From positions 233,895 through 297,894 of the IMG/VR virus record IMGVR_UViG_3300009181_000033: a stretch of DNA of 64,000 nucleotides; one strand, written 5' to 3'. The stretch's first letter is position 1. Each line of letters starts with the position of its first letter. Positions 27,405-36,194 of the stretch are shown here, piece after piece. A model generated the notes under the pieces. That model was not told the DNA's origin and ran no database searches. It saw only the letters and a program-made list of their open reading frames with translations. A program made the position numbers and the translations under genes.

Positions 27405-29033
27405 CTAACGGTATAACCAAGAAAAATCTGTGACATCGGCATGTTTAATTTCTGATGAATCTCTTGGTTTCATAATCTGTTGCGGTGTGTATCCCATGGA
27501 ATGTGTGCTTATCACAGGTCTCACACTATTAATTCCACCAGGTAAATCAGCATAAGAATGATTACCTTTTTGTGTTGCCTTCAACATGGCCATAGCCATA
27601 TTCATGCCTTGCTCATTGTAACCAGAGTCGCCGGCAACAAGCCAAGAGCCAATGGCAACGCTCATTATGAGATCGTCATGGGCGTCTTTTGCAGCTTGAG
27701 CCTTGGAACCGTTCCAAACGAAGGCCTGGAATTGGTCATACAATCGCTGCGAGTGGGACACCAGTCGACCATTCCTTATCAATTCTTCAAGTTTTGCCAG
27801 TATTTGATTCCTGGTTTTAAGCTGTGTGGAGAAACCAGGAATTGCATCTGGGTCAGTTGATTTATACTCAAATACGTCACCTTGAGTCCCTTGGTAGTAC
27901 AACTTTGGGTAACCCATGTCTCTAAGTTTAACACAAGTAAAATAGCCAAAGGTGTTTTGCTCCGGGCATATGAGGGCATCGTTATACATTCTTCCATATT
28001 CGGCCAAAACGTCGGCAAATTTGTCGGGAGGTATTTTCCCCATAAATTCGGCACAGACTTCACAAGATTCGTGATCTATAATGTGAAAGGTTGAAAAATC
28101 GGCAGCATCTCCCCTGGCAATATCTGCAGAAAGAACATACTTTTTGCCGACTTCAGGATTTCTCCATATCCAAACCCCATTTTGATGTCCAACTTTTTGT
28201 ATTGGTGGACTAATCAGTTCGCGTAATCTCTCCAAGTCATTTGGCTGCAAGAATGTGTCACCTGAAGAAATGAAGTCACAGAGGAACTCTTGGGCCACTT
28301 TGCGCTTAGGAAGATTCTTCGTTTCCTTGTCGAACCACTCTTGATCGTGCTCAGGGTGTGTCCACCACAGAAGTCTAATTGGATTAAAATCATTTGAACC
28401 TGATTCGGCACCAACCCAGAGTTTATAGTATTGACCTCCCACACCATTTGGGGTAGACAATATGATTGCAGAACCACCGGTAGAAAGGGTGGGATACAGT
28501 GAAGTCCAAATTTCATCGAAGTCTCTAATAAATGCTGCCTCGTCAACGATTAATAAAGCCAATGCCTCTGATCGACCAGCGTCTGGGGAAGTTGGAACTG
28601 CCGTTATGGTCGACCCATTGGTGAACCTAATGGCTTGTTTTGTTGGCTCAAATTTTGTAAGCAAAAGCCAGGGAGGAAGTCCATCGAGCATCGTCTTCAC
28701 TTTTTTAATGAAGTTGATGGCCGTTGCAAGCTTGGTCGCAATAACAAGTATGTTTTTATCCTTCTTGAAGATTGCATACCAAACACAATAGGCAGCCGAG
28801 ACCGTTGAAAGTCCAAGCTGCCTTGATTTGAGAACTATGTTAAATCGATGTTCTTGAAAAGCTTTGACACAATCATCTTGAAAATCGTAAGTATCAAAAG
28901 GTATGAGCCCCCTCAGCTGGTGTTGGATCTTGCAATACTTCTTCATAAAGTATGAAGGATCTTTTCCGCATTTGATTATCTCGGCAACCTGTTGTTGCCG
29001 AGATAATGTGGGAGTGCTCGGTATTTTACTCAT
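27405..29033 (-). CDS. Terminase large subunit, T4 gp17-like
   Basis: YDFQ, KSRQLGLST, LLIVDEAAF, LSTPNG, QEFLCDF, SADIARGDAADFS, HDDLIMS. Confidence 0.95.
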   Translation of the reverse strand: MSKIPSTPTLSRQQQVAEIIKCGKDPSYFMKKYCKIQHQLRGLIPFDTYDFQDDCVKAFQEHRFNIVLKSRQLGLSTVSAAYCVWYAIFKKDKNILVIATKLATAINFIKKVKTMLDGLPPWLLLTKFEPTKQAIRFTNGSTITAVPTSPDAGRSEALALLIVDEAAFIRDFDEIWTSLYPTLSTGGSAIILSTPNGVGGQYYKLWVGAESGSNDFNPIRLLWWTHPEHDQEWFDKETKNLPKRKVAQEFLCDFISSGDTFLQPNDLERLRELISPPIQKVGHQNGVWIWRNPEVGKKYVLSADIARGDAADFSTFHIIDHESCEVCAEFMGKIPPDKFADVLAEYGRMYNDALICPEQNTFGYFTCVKLRDMGYPKLYYQGTQGDVFEYKSTDPDAIPGFSTQLKTRNQILAKLEELIRNGRLVSHSQRLYDQFQAFVWNGSKAQAAKDAHDDLIMSVAIGSWLVAGDSGYNEQGMNMAMAMLKATQKGNHSYADLPGGINSVRPVISTHSMGYTPQQIMKPRDSSEIKHADVTDFSWLYR

Positions 29034-29464
29034 GCTAGCTCAAATATGGTTTTTCTTCTATAGTACGCGGTCCTTTTGGGATTGTGGACATTGAAACCAA
29101 TTATTTCTAATGAATCAGATGAATCCTTTTCTGAAAAGCTAATAGTCTCCCCCGCTAAATCTCTATAGGCGTCTTTCACGTGCTTGACATGAGCGGCTAT
29201 AATCTTAAGAGAATCCTCTGAACAACTTCTCTTCATGAGAATCATTTCTTTTTCAGAGACAAAATTAGTAATGACTTGATATGACGCTAAAATCATGTTG
29301 CCGCCCAGCAAAGTGAATTTGACAGAATGAGAGGCGGTCAGTGGCGTTGAGCTTCTTCCCCATGTTGTGTCTATGGCCTGACCTAGGGCGTTAAGATTGA
29401 GATCGGTTAAGGTTGTGTTAATTGATTGGCCGTTGATGTAGTTGTCTATGTTTCTATTGGGCAT
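29030..29464 (-). CDS. Hypothetical late protein upstream of terminase
   Basis: Start MPNRN preceded by ATATTTAT and SD AGAGG. Confidence 0.6.
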   Translation of the reverse strand: MPNRNIDNYINGQSINTTLTDLNLNALGQAIDTTWGRSSTPLTASHSVKFTLLGGNMILASYQVITNFVSEKEMILMKRSCSEDSLKIIAAHVKHVKDAYRDLAGETISFSEKDSSDSLEIIGFNVHNPKRTAYYRRKTIFELA

Positions 29465-29489
29465 CGCTGAAGGTTTCCTCTTATAAATA

Positions 29490-29765
29490 TTATCTTTCGC
29501 CAAATTTATTTATGATTTCATCATGTGAAGGTCGCCAACCAGTAGACCACTTCTCCTGATTTCTCCTGGCCCATGTTTGTGCACATCTGTCACAACACTC
29601 AAACTTCTCGTAGGACTCATCATCATATGTCGTTCTCATAATCATTTCACAAAGAGGACAAGTAAGCGGCTGCCCCTTCTCCATGTCTTCAGGCTTAATA
29701 ACAAAAAAACCTGCAGGATCCTCTAATATCACTCGACCATTTGTGTATTTTTTCCATTGATTCAT
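29490..29765 (-). CDS. Hypothetical Zn-binding protein
   Basis: CPLC...CCDRC; ATGA-coupled to the Mre11-Rad50 gene. Confidence 0.6.
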   Translation of the reverse strand: MNQWKKYTNGRVILEDPAGFFVIKPEDMEKGQPLTCPLCEMIMRTTYDDESYEKFECCDRCAQTWARRNQEKWSTGWRPSHDEIINKFGER

Positions 29766-32700
29766 ATCAACTCAACCTTAGAATCCTTTTCATTTTTGCT
29801 TATTTCGATTATGTGGTCAGCAGAATCCTTGATGCCGTCAACGTGAGTTATAACAAATATGGTTTTAAAGTATCTCTTTAGTGATGTCAATAATCGACTA
29901 CAAGATTCAACTCCGGCATTGTCAAGGGTGCCAAACCCTTCGTCTATAATAAAGAAATTTGGTTTTGGCAAAGAAGAAACATTGATCATTGCAACCCTAA
30001 GTGATATTGCAGCTATTGTCTTTTCCATTCCGCTGCACAATTCAATTATTCTTCTTGAATCTCCGTAGTTTATATACATCTCCAGCGAATCGGAATCCTC
30101 GTCAGATTCAACTTCTATGGTGAAGTCAACAATTCCCTGAAGTATTTTTTGCACTTCTGCATTGATTATTGGCAACTGGGATTTTGTCACAAGAAGCGGA
30201 ATGCCTTTCTTGCAAAATGCACTAGAAATAAGCTCCCTAATCCTCATACTCTTCAATAAATCATCCCTGGTCGATTTTTCAATTTGGAGATTTTCTAAAC
30301 TGGCCAGGAGCTTGCCGTGTTGCGAGGCTGCTGATAATTTGGCCATATCCCATTCCTTGATGTCATCAGAATAACTTTCTATTTTTTTCTTAATGGAAAC
30401 TAGCTCAAAATTTTCCTCATTATTTAAAGCTATCTCCATGTCAACAAGCCTCTGTTTTTCTTCTTCCAGATTTTTTTGGAGAGGAGTGCAGAGCGACTTG
30501 TGTTTTTCTATTTCAGTTTCTTTCTTGGACATCTCCAGGCTCAGCTTCGCCATGAGAGCTGCGGCCTTTTCATGCTTTGAAATCTTGTCCTCGATGTTTT
30601 CGTCCTCCATTTCCGACAAAAGGATTTTTAGTTCGTCCAATTGACGGAGGGCTTCGTCGGCCTTCTTCTTTTGTTCTTCAACTTTTGTCTTGTTTGAATG
30701 GGCGTCCTTTATGAATTTGCAAGTGGGATAATCGTCACCACAAGGAACATCGTCAAGAATCTTTAATGACTTCTTCTGCTGTGTCAGAAGAGAGAGCTCC
30801 TTCTCATGAAGGTGTCTAAGCTCCAGGACAGAAGACTCAATTTTTCTTTTTGATTCGGACTTCTTTTTCAAAAAATCGATATCGTATTTTGCCAAGAGAC
30901 TAGTCAAAGAAGAGATTTTGGAACGATGATCCTCCATTTCAACAAGGAGAATAGCGTAGTTGTCTTCATGCTCCTTCAATTCTGATGAAACAGCAGCAAC
31001 TTTTTTTCTCTGCGACGTTACATCAGCCTCAACGACGATCGCGGAAGTGTGTGTGCTGGCTTCATGTCGTAGAGACGTCAATGTGGTCTGGTGTTCGGCT
31101 ATTCTAAAAGTCAAATCCAAGATTGTTTTTTGGCACTCTGAGATGGAGTCCTCGCTGCTCTTTTTTAACTCATCCCAATTCCTGTCTGGGAAATTTTTTA
31201 GTTGAGCCTTATATGAATTCACGTCCTTCGAAGCCAACTCATACATCTTGTCAAATATGTCTAAGTCAAGAAACCTGGAAAGTATGGAGCGCCTCTTTGT
31301 TGAGCCTTGCGATATGAACTGACTGGTCTCACCTTGGGCGGACAAAGAAGTCATTAAGAAGTCGTCAGGTGAACCCAATAAGTGTCTTATTGTTTTCTCT
31401 GTATCGTTTCTCTGCTCTCCGCACAAATCATCCATTTCACCGTCCTCTCTCATCTTGAAAAGATTTAGGGACGTTGAGGCGGAAACTACGCCTTTCTTAT
31501 TGGTCGATTTTGTAGTCTGTCTCTCCAAGACGTAAGTGGTGCCATTATGATCAAGCACCGCCTTGGAATAACAGTGCGGTTTTCTAACGTTGCAAACATT
31601 AATATTCTTCATTGGACCACGATCGGTCGTGTTGAAAAGGGAATACATGATGGAACCAACTATAGAAGACTTACCAGTCCTGTTTGGACCAAATATTCCA
31701 ACAATTCCATTTAGATTGTCGAAATTGATTTGATTGCCTTCTCCATATGAAAAAAGATTGTCCCACGTGAGGTGGCGAAGTGACCACTTAGAAGATCTAT
31801 TTGAATCATCGGATGTAACAGCTGTAGAGAGATATGTCTTGACTTGATCTGTGACCTCATCAACCTCCACTTGGGAAAGATTTGCCTCCTTGTGATAATC
31901 CTTTAACAGTCTAGCAAGGGTATCAACGGACCTAAGATCCGTTTTGTTGATAACTGTGTCCTCAGATGCCTTCACCACCTGCTTGTCAAAAGACACATCA
32001 GATTTGAATGTGACCTCTGTTGCCGCCATCGAAGTCCTGAGAATCTCAGAGAGTCTATGCACGTCATCTTGAGTAATTTGAACCTGGGATCTAATTCTGA
32101 ATCTGCTTCCGGAAGGCAGCTTCTTCACAAGCTGCACGGTGGAGGATAAATCACCCGCCCAATCCACGGTGATGAATGGTTTTGGATTTGGCAGCGGCCT
32201 TGTCGTGACTGACCATTTCTTGGCGCTCTCTATTTCCCACAACAAATAACCATGCTCAATCTGCTCAGCGTAATTCTGTTGCACAGGCGTTCCTGGGTAT
32301 GCAATCCAAGGTTTTTTGTTTCTGTGTCCAAGAAATTGAGGCTTGTGAATGTCGCCCAAGAAAGCAAAATCAAAATCCTTGAAAAAATCGACATTGACAC
32401 CTTCGTCAATGTCCCAACCCGTCTCTGTCGATGAACCCCTAACCGGTCCGTGAAATGCCGCTATATTAATACAATCACCAACAGGCTTCACAGAAGACCA
32501 TCCTTCTTCATCAAAGCAAGAAAACACACAAAGGTTGAAGCCTTTGTCAATTTCATAAACCCCGCTCTTTTTATAAAGGTGGACGTTCTTATTTTTCATT
32601 GCCTCCACGATTGGTGAGACAGCGTCCTGTCGAGATAGGTTGACCAGATTACCATCATGGTTTCCGAGAGTGAGATGAACAGGCGCAACCTCTGCCATCG

Positions 32701-32902
32701 CCGTTAACCACCAAGTTAAAAAATCGATGTATTCAGGTGAGATGCCCGTGGTTTTTGTGTGAAATATGTCACCGCCAACGAAAATGTGATCGACGTCTTG
32801 GGACTTACAATCGTCAATGAAAGCTTGAAGTATTTGACGATACTCTTCATGTCTAGACAACGCACGAATGTGCACGTCAGCAGTGTGGGCAAATTTAAGC
32901 AT
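29762..32902 (-). CDS. Fused SbcD/Mre11 (gp47) nuclease - SbcC/Rad50 (gp46) ATPase
   Basis: AD.H, GGDIFH, LGNHD, FHG, LGDIH; then GPNRTGKSS, Q-loop SAQG, coiled coil, CSGMEK, FFIIDEGFGTLD, VITH. Confidence 0.92.
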   Translation of the reverse strand: MLKFAHTADVHIRALSRHEEYRQILQAFIDDCKSQDVDHIFVGGDIFHTKTTGISPEYIDFLTWWLTAMAEVAPVHLTLGNHDGNLVNLSRQDAVSPIVEAMKNKNVHLYKKSGVYEIDKGFNLCVFSCFDEEGWSSVKPVGDCINIAAFHGPVRGSSTETGWDIDEGVNVDFFKDFDFAFLGDIHKPQFLGHRNKKPWIAYPGTPVQQNYAEQIEHGYLLWEIESAKKWSVTTRPLPNPKPFITVDWAGDLSSTVQLVKKLPSGSRFRIRSQVQITQDDVHRLSEILRTSMAATEVTFKSDVSFDKQVVKASEDTVINKTDLRSVDTLARLLKDYHKEANLSQVEVDEVTDQVKTYLSTAVTSDDSNRSSKWSLRHLTWDNLFSYGEGNQINFDNLNGIVGIFGPNRTGKSSIVGSIMYSLFNTTDRGPMKNINVCNVRKPHCYSKAVLDHNGTTYVLERQTTKSTNKKGVVSASTSLNLFKMREDGEMDDLCGEQRNDTEKTIRHLLGSPDDFLMTSLSAQGETSQFISQGSTKRRSILSRFLDLDIFDKMYELASKDVNSYKAQLKNFPDRNWDELKKSSEDSISECQKTILDLTFRIAEHQTTLTSLRHEASTHTSAIVVEADVTSQRKKVAAVSSELKEHEDNYAILLVEMEDHRSKISSLTSLLAKYDIDFLKKKSESKRKIESSVLELRHLHEKELSLLTQQKKSLKILDDVPCGDDYPTCKFIKDAHSNKTKVEEQKKKADEALRQLDELKILLSEMEDENIEDKISKHEKAAALMAKLSLEMSKKETEIEKHKSLCTPLQKNLEEEKQRLVDMEIALNNEENFELVSIKKKIESYSDDIKEWDMAKLSAASQHGKLLASLENLQIEKSTRDDLLKSMRIRELISSAFCKKGIPLLVTKSQLPIINAEVQKILQGIVDFTIEVESDEDSDSLEMYINYGDSRRIIELCSGMEKTIAAISLRVAMINVSSLPKPNFFIIDEGFGTLDNAGVESCSRLLTSLKRYFKTIFVITHVDGIKDSADHIIEISKNEKDSKVELI

Positions 32903-32943
32903 GCATGCTTAAACTACCCACCATTAGCCTAAATGTACAAAAA

Positions 32944-34116
32944 TTAAGCCTTGCTCAAAGCACGTGCGCCGGCGCCGAGGGCCCGTGTGCCAAGGCTGGC
33001 TATTTCGCCGGCCGAGGAGCCCATTTCAGCACCCATCGATCCCAATTCTCCGGCCGTACTCATTGCCTTTGAAGCAGCTTTTCCGGCAGCCAAGGCACCA
33101 TGAGCAGCATCCTTTAACGAAGCAAAGACTTGACCCAATGTTTCACCCAAGTGCATAAAGGCACTGATCAACATGGGAAGAAAGAGGGCAACTTTTAAAA
33201 CCTTGAAAATTGCATCTTTTTCCTTGGAAGAAATTTCAATCTCATGGCCATGTGAATCCTTGCCTTTTTCTTTCTTTGTGAAGTCAGCATAAGATATTGG
33301 CTTTTCTTTCTTAAAGACCTTGGCAAAAGCATAGTAAGCAGCGTACTGTGCCTGGGGTGGGAAGGCGGTAACCTCGAGCCACTTTGATTCCACAGAATGA
33401 AGGAAGTGTTCTATTTTTTCACAAATTTTACTAGCCTTATCAAGGCCAAATTTTCTTAGTGTCCAAACCAAGAGCTTAAGAGCAAAAATACCCAGACCAA
33501 GATAACCAACAACTGCTGTCTGTACAGCCCACCACGTGGTGGCCAAGGATGCGACCCCCGTCAGGACAGCAATCTCATGTAGTCGGCTCTTCTTGTTTTT
33601 TTCGATGGCCTCGAGGAGTTGATCCAATTGCTCCTCCAGAAACATGGAATTCTGGGAGAATTCCCCGTGCATAATCGATTCATTTTTGGCAGGGACTGCT
33701 GTAGCGATCTCTTTCTCGATATCAATAGACTTAATCTGTTCAAAACCAGCATTGATCTTAGCTAGTTCAGGAACAGTGGCCATGATTTGTTCTACGCTAG
33801 TGCCAGACTCTTCCAAGGCTTCCGTGAATTTTTTGACATCGCCTATAATGTCAAGGCTTTGAAGTGATTGCACAGCCTTGTTCAACTTCGCAATAATTTC
33901 TTCTGCCTTGGAAGCTATTTCTTTCTTTACTTTTTCACCGAGCCCCTTGAATGGTTGCTTTATGGCATCCAAAAATCCTTCATTAACAAGGTATTCTCTC
34001 GCCAATTCTTCACGTATCATTCTCCTCAAGCTACTTTCGCTGATTGAAAGTCTGGTCCCGCCAATATGCACGGGTTGGTTGAACACGATTTGTCTTGAAG
34101 AAGCTCTCTTTTTCAT
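32944..34116 (-). CDS. Putative internal head/ejection protein with hydrophobic helices
   Basis: ISESSLRRMIREELAREYLVNEG motif; long apolar segments; ATATTTAC just upstream of MKKRA start. Confidence 0.55.
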   Translation of the reverse strand: MKKRASSRQIVFNQPVHIGGTRLSISESSLRRMIREELAREYLVNEGFLDAIKQPFKGLGEKVKKEIASKAEEIIAKLNKAVQSLQSLDIIGDVKKFTEALEESGTSVEQIMATVPELAKINAGFEQIKSIDIEKEIATAVPAKNESIMHGEFSQNSMFLEEQLDQLLEAIEKNKKSRLHEIAVLTGVASLATTWWAVQTAVVGYLGLGIFALKLLVWTLRKFGLDKASKICEKIEHFLHSVESKWLEVTAFPPQAQYAAYYAFAKVFKKEKPISYADFTKKEKGKDSHGHEIEISSKEKDAIFKVLKVALFLPMLISAFMHLGETLGQVFASLKDAAHGALAAGKAASKAMSTAGELGSMGAEMGSSAGEIASLGTRALGAGARALSKA

Positions 34117-34136
34117 ATTCGTAAATATGATGAATC

Positions 34137-35126
34137 TCAAAATATGTTCTTGCTGTTCATGGCTTTTTGCAACCTGATAGAAAAATTATCCTCCCAAGAC
34201 ATTGACTTTGCCTCTCGAAGGGCAACCTCAAATTCATGTTTCGACATGTTCCCAGGGTCTCCCCAAGGCCGAACATCAACCACCACAACATCAATATCGT
34301 ACTCTTGGAGTTTCTTCACGAGTCTGGGCATCTTCTTGTCCCACATGTCTCCGTCCAAGGCCAAGGCGATAGGTGTGCCGTGCAATAAAATTTTATTGAA
34401 CAACTCATGTCTCTCATCGAGATCAGATCCCAGAAGCGATGTAGAATTTTCGACACACTTCACAAGATCAAATGGACCTTCGCACAAGACTAGTCTCTGA
34501 GACCAATCTATGTTTATTTCGTTAAAAACGACAGGGTTTCTATCGACGTCAGGGTTATCGTATTTGGGTCTTTTATTTTTATCGATGGTTCTTGCGGTAA
34601 AATAATTCAGATTGCCCTGAGAATCAAATGAAGGCATCAGGATCCTTCTTTTCCACTTCTGCTCGTTGGATACACCAAATTTATAGTACCAAGCATCCTT
34701 TTCGCATAGACCCCTAGAAAAGAGGTACCTCCACATCGCCTTGACGTCTGGATCATTGTCGGGTGCGAAGACCAAGAGCTGAAAATCCTTGGGTAGGACC
34801 AACTTTTCTTCAACGAGCTCTTTGCCACCGGTGACAATATTGTCCTTCACACCTGGTATTCCAAAGATGGAGCGATATATGTCCAATTGCGATTGTGTCC
34901 CATGTTTTTTTAGCAATGGGGCCAAAGAACGGGCTTTCCAACCACACACCCAACAATGATTAATATCATTGTCTGTGCGAATGGAAAGTTTTTTCTTGGA
35001 AGCATCTATTGGTGAACATATGGGACATTTAACGTCGAAATTTTTGCCATCGCTGGACAATTTACCGCGACCAAAAACCGTCTCATAAAATCTTATCTTA
35101 TCAGTAAGGGAAAAAACTGAAGACAC
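34137..35126 (-). CDS. DNA primase (DnaG/gp61-like)
   Basis: CPIC..HCWVC Zn finger; YL..RG; KYDNP; TOPRIM LCEGPFD, LDGD, DP. Confidence 0.9.
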   Translation of the reverse strand: MSSVFSLTDKIRFYETVFGRGKLSSDGKNFDVKCPICSPIDASKKKLSIRTDNDINHCWVCGWKARSLAPLLKKHGTQSQLDIYRSIFGIPGVKDNIVTGGKELVEEKLVLPKDFQLLVFAPDNDPDVKAMWRYLFSRGLCEKDAWYYKFGVSNEQKWKRRILMPSFDSQGNLNYFTARTIDKNKRPKYDNPDVDRNPVVFNEINIDWSQRLVLCEGPFDLVKCVENSTSLLGSDLDERHELFNKILLHGTPIALALDGDMWDKKMPRLVKKLQEYDIDVVVVDVRPWGDPGNMSKHEFEVALREAKSMSWEDNFSIRLQKAMNSKNIF

Positions 35127-35150
35127 AGGTTCACATTACTAACGACAAGA

Positions 35151-35696
35151 CTATTTGTTCAAAAGAGATGCTGCCTTGGCTATCACGTATGCATCCGTCA
35201 TATCTCGAGAAGCATCGATGGGATTGCCTGACTTCTTTTTACCCCAAACAACGTGAGATAAATCATGCTCCATCATGTGCTTGAACACCTGTTCCTTATG
35301 ACTCATTCCAGCAATGGAAGTCTTTTGCAGTTTGACACCACACATTTTTCTGGCTCGAGCAGCAGATATGTAAGTCGGCTCTATTTTAAAACTGTCCCTG
35401 GCCAGATATGAAACTATGCCATTGAACCTCATCAGCGTGGTAATGGTCCCTGCAGAGGACATTCCTTTGGAGAATCCCAACAAGGGTTCTTCAAGAGACA
35501 ATATGCCGGGCTTAAATTGCAGCTTTGAGAAATAGTCCCTTATTGAATCGGCTTTTTCAAAAAGTGTATTACAGCCTTTGAAATTTAAATAATCGAGAAG
35601 CTTGATGTGACCACCATCACTAATAACGGCATCCGAATCTAAAACGCATATTCCCGTACAGGAAGTAGAAACATCAAGTCCTAAAATAAAAGTCAT
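35151..35696 (-). CDS. ruvC: RuvC-like Holliday junction resolvase
   Basis: ILGLDVSTSCTG, LEE, D..DAY.IA. Confidence 0.8.
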   Translation of the reverse strand: MTFILGLDVSTSCTGICVLDSDAVISDGGHIKLLDYLNFKGCNTLFEKADSIRDYFSKLQFKPGILSLEEPLLGFSKGMSSAGTITTLMRFNGIVSYLARDSFKIEPTYISAARARKMCGVKLQKTSIAGMSHKEQVFKHMMEHDLSHVVWGKKKSGNPIDASRDMTDAYVIAKAASLLNK

Positions 35697-35751
35697 AAAC
35701 CATTATTTCTCATAGTGAACTTGTGTAAACGTCTAATCACGGCAAATCTGG

Positions 35752-36192
35752 TTAGAGCAACCCCATTTCTTTTAGTTGGACTTCCGTGACTATTTCATAT
35801 GTCATGCCGTGAGTCCTGCACCACTCGATCGCGGCTAATGCTTTTTTAATGACAGTCGCTTGATCTAGCTTGCGCTTAGGCTTGACCTCGATCAATTTAT
35901 GCGTACCATCCATGTAGGTCACCGAGAAATCAGGATAATACTTACGAACCTTTCCGGTCTTCTTGTTGGAAAGGTACTCTATAGCTATCAACTCGTAGGA
36001 CCATGAATAAACGTCTGGGTTGGAGTCCAGCCATTCCATGTATTTGGCTTCCCAACCACTACGATACTTGTAAACACGGCCTGTTTTTTTGGATGCATAC
36101 TCACCCCGTTGATAGCGGCTTCGCTTCTTTCGTTTCTTTCGAAGTTTATTCTTTGTAGGTATCCGGGGTTCCATGTGTTTAAGGACGGACAA
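35752..36192 (-). CDS. Head completion nuclease, T4 gp4-like (TnsA N-terminal-type PD-(D/E)xK)
   Basis: YRSGWE...W.D.NP.V..WSYE...Y...RKYYPDF...LIEVKP; start uncertain. Confidence 0.85.
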   Translation of the reverse strand: MSVLKHMEPRIPTKNKLRKKRKKRSRYQRGEYASKKTGRVYKYRSGWEAKYMEWLDSNPDVYSWSYELIAIEYLSNKKTGKVRKYYPDFSVTYMDGTHKLIEVKPKRKLDQATVIKKALAAIEWCRTHGMTYEIVTEVQLKEMGLL

Positions 36193-36194
36193 GC

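Noticed and set aside
27405-35126. Group I/II introns in terminase, nuclease or primase
   Set aside because: All reading frames are continuous with motifs at normal spacing.
35752-36192. Tn7 TnsA transposase or transposon
   Set aside because: No TnsB/TnsC or terminal repeats; size and context fit T4 gp4 head-completion nuclease.
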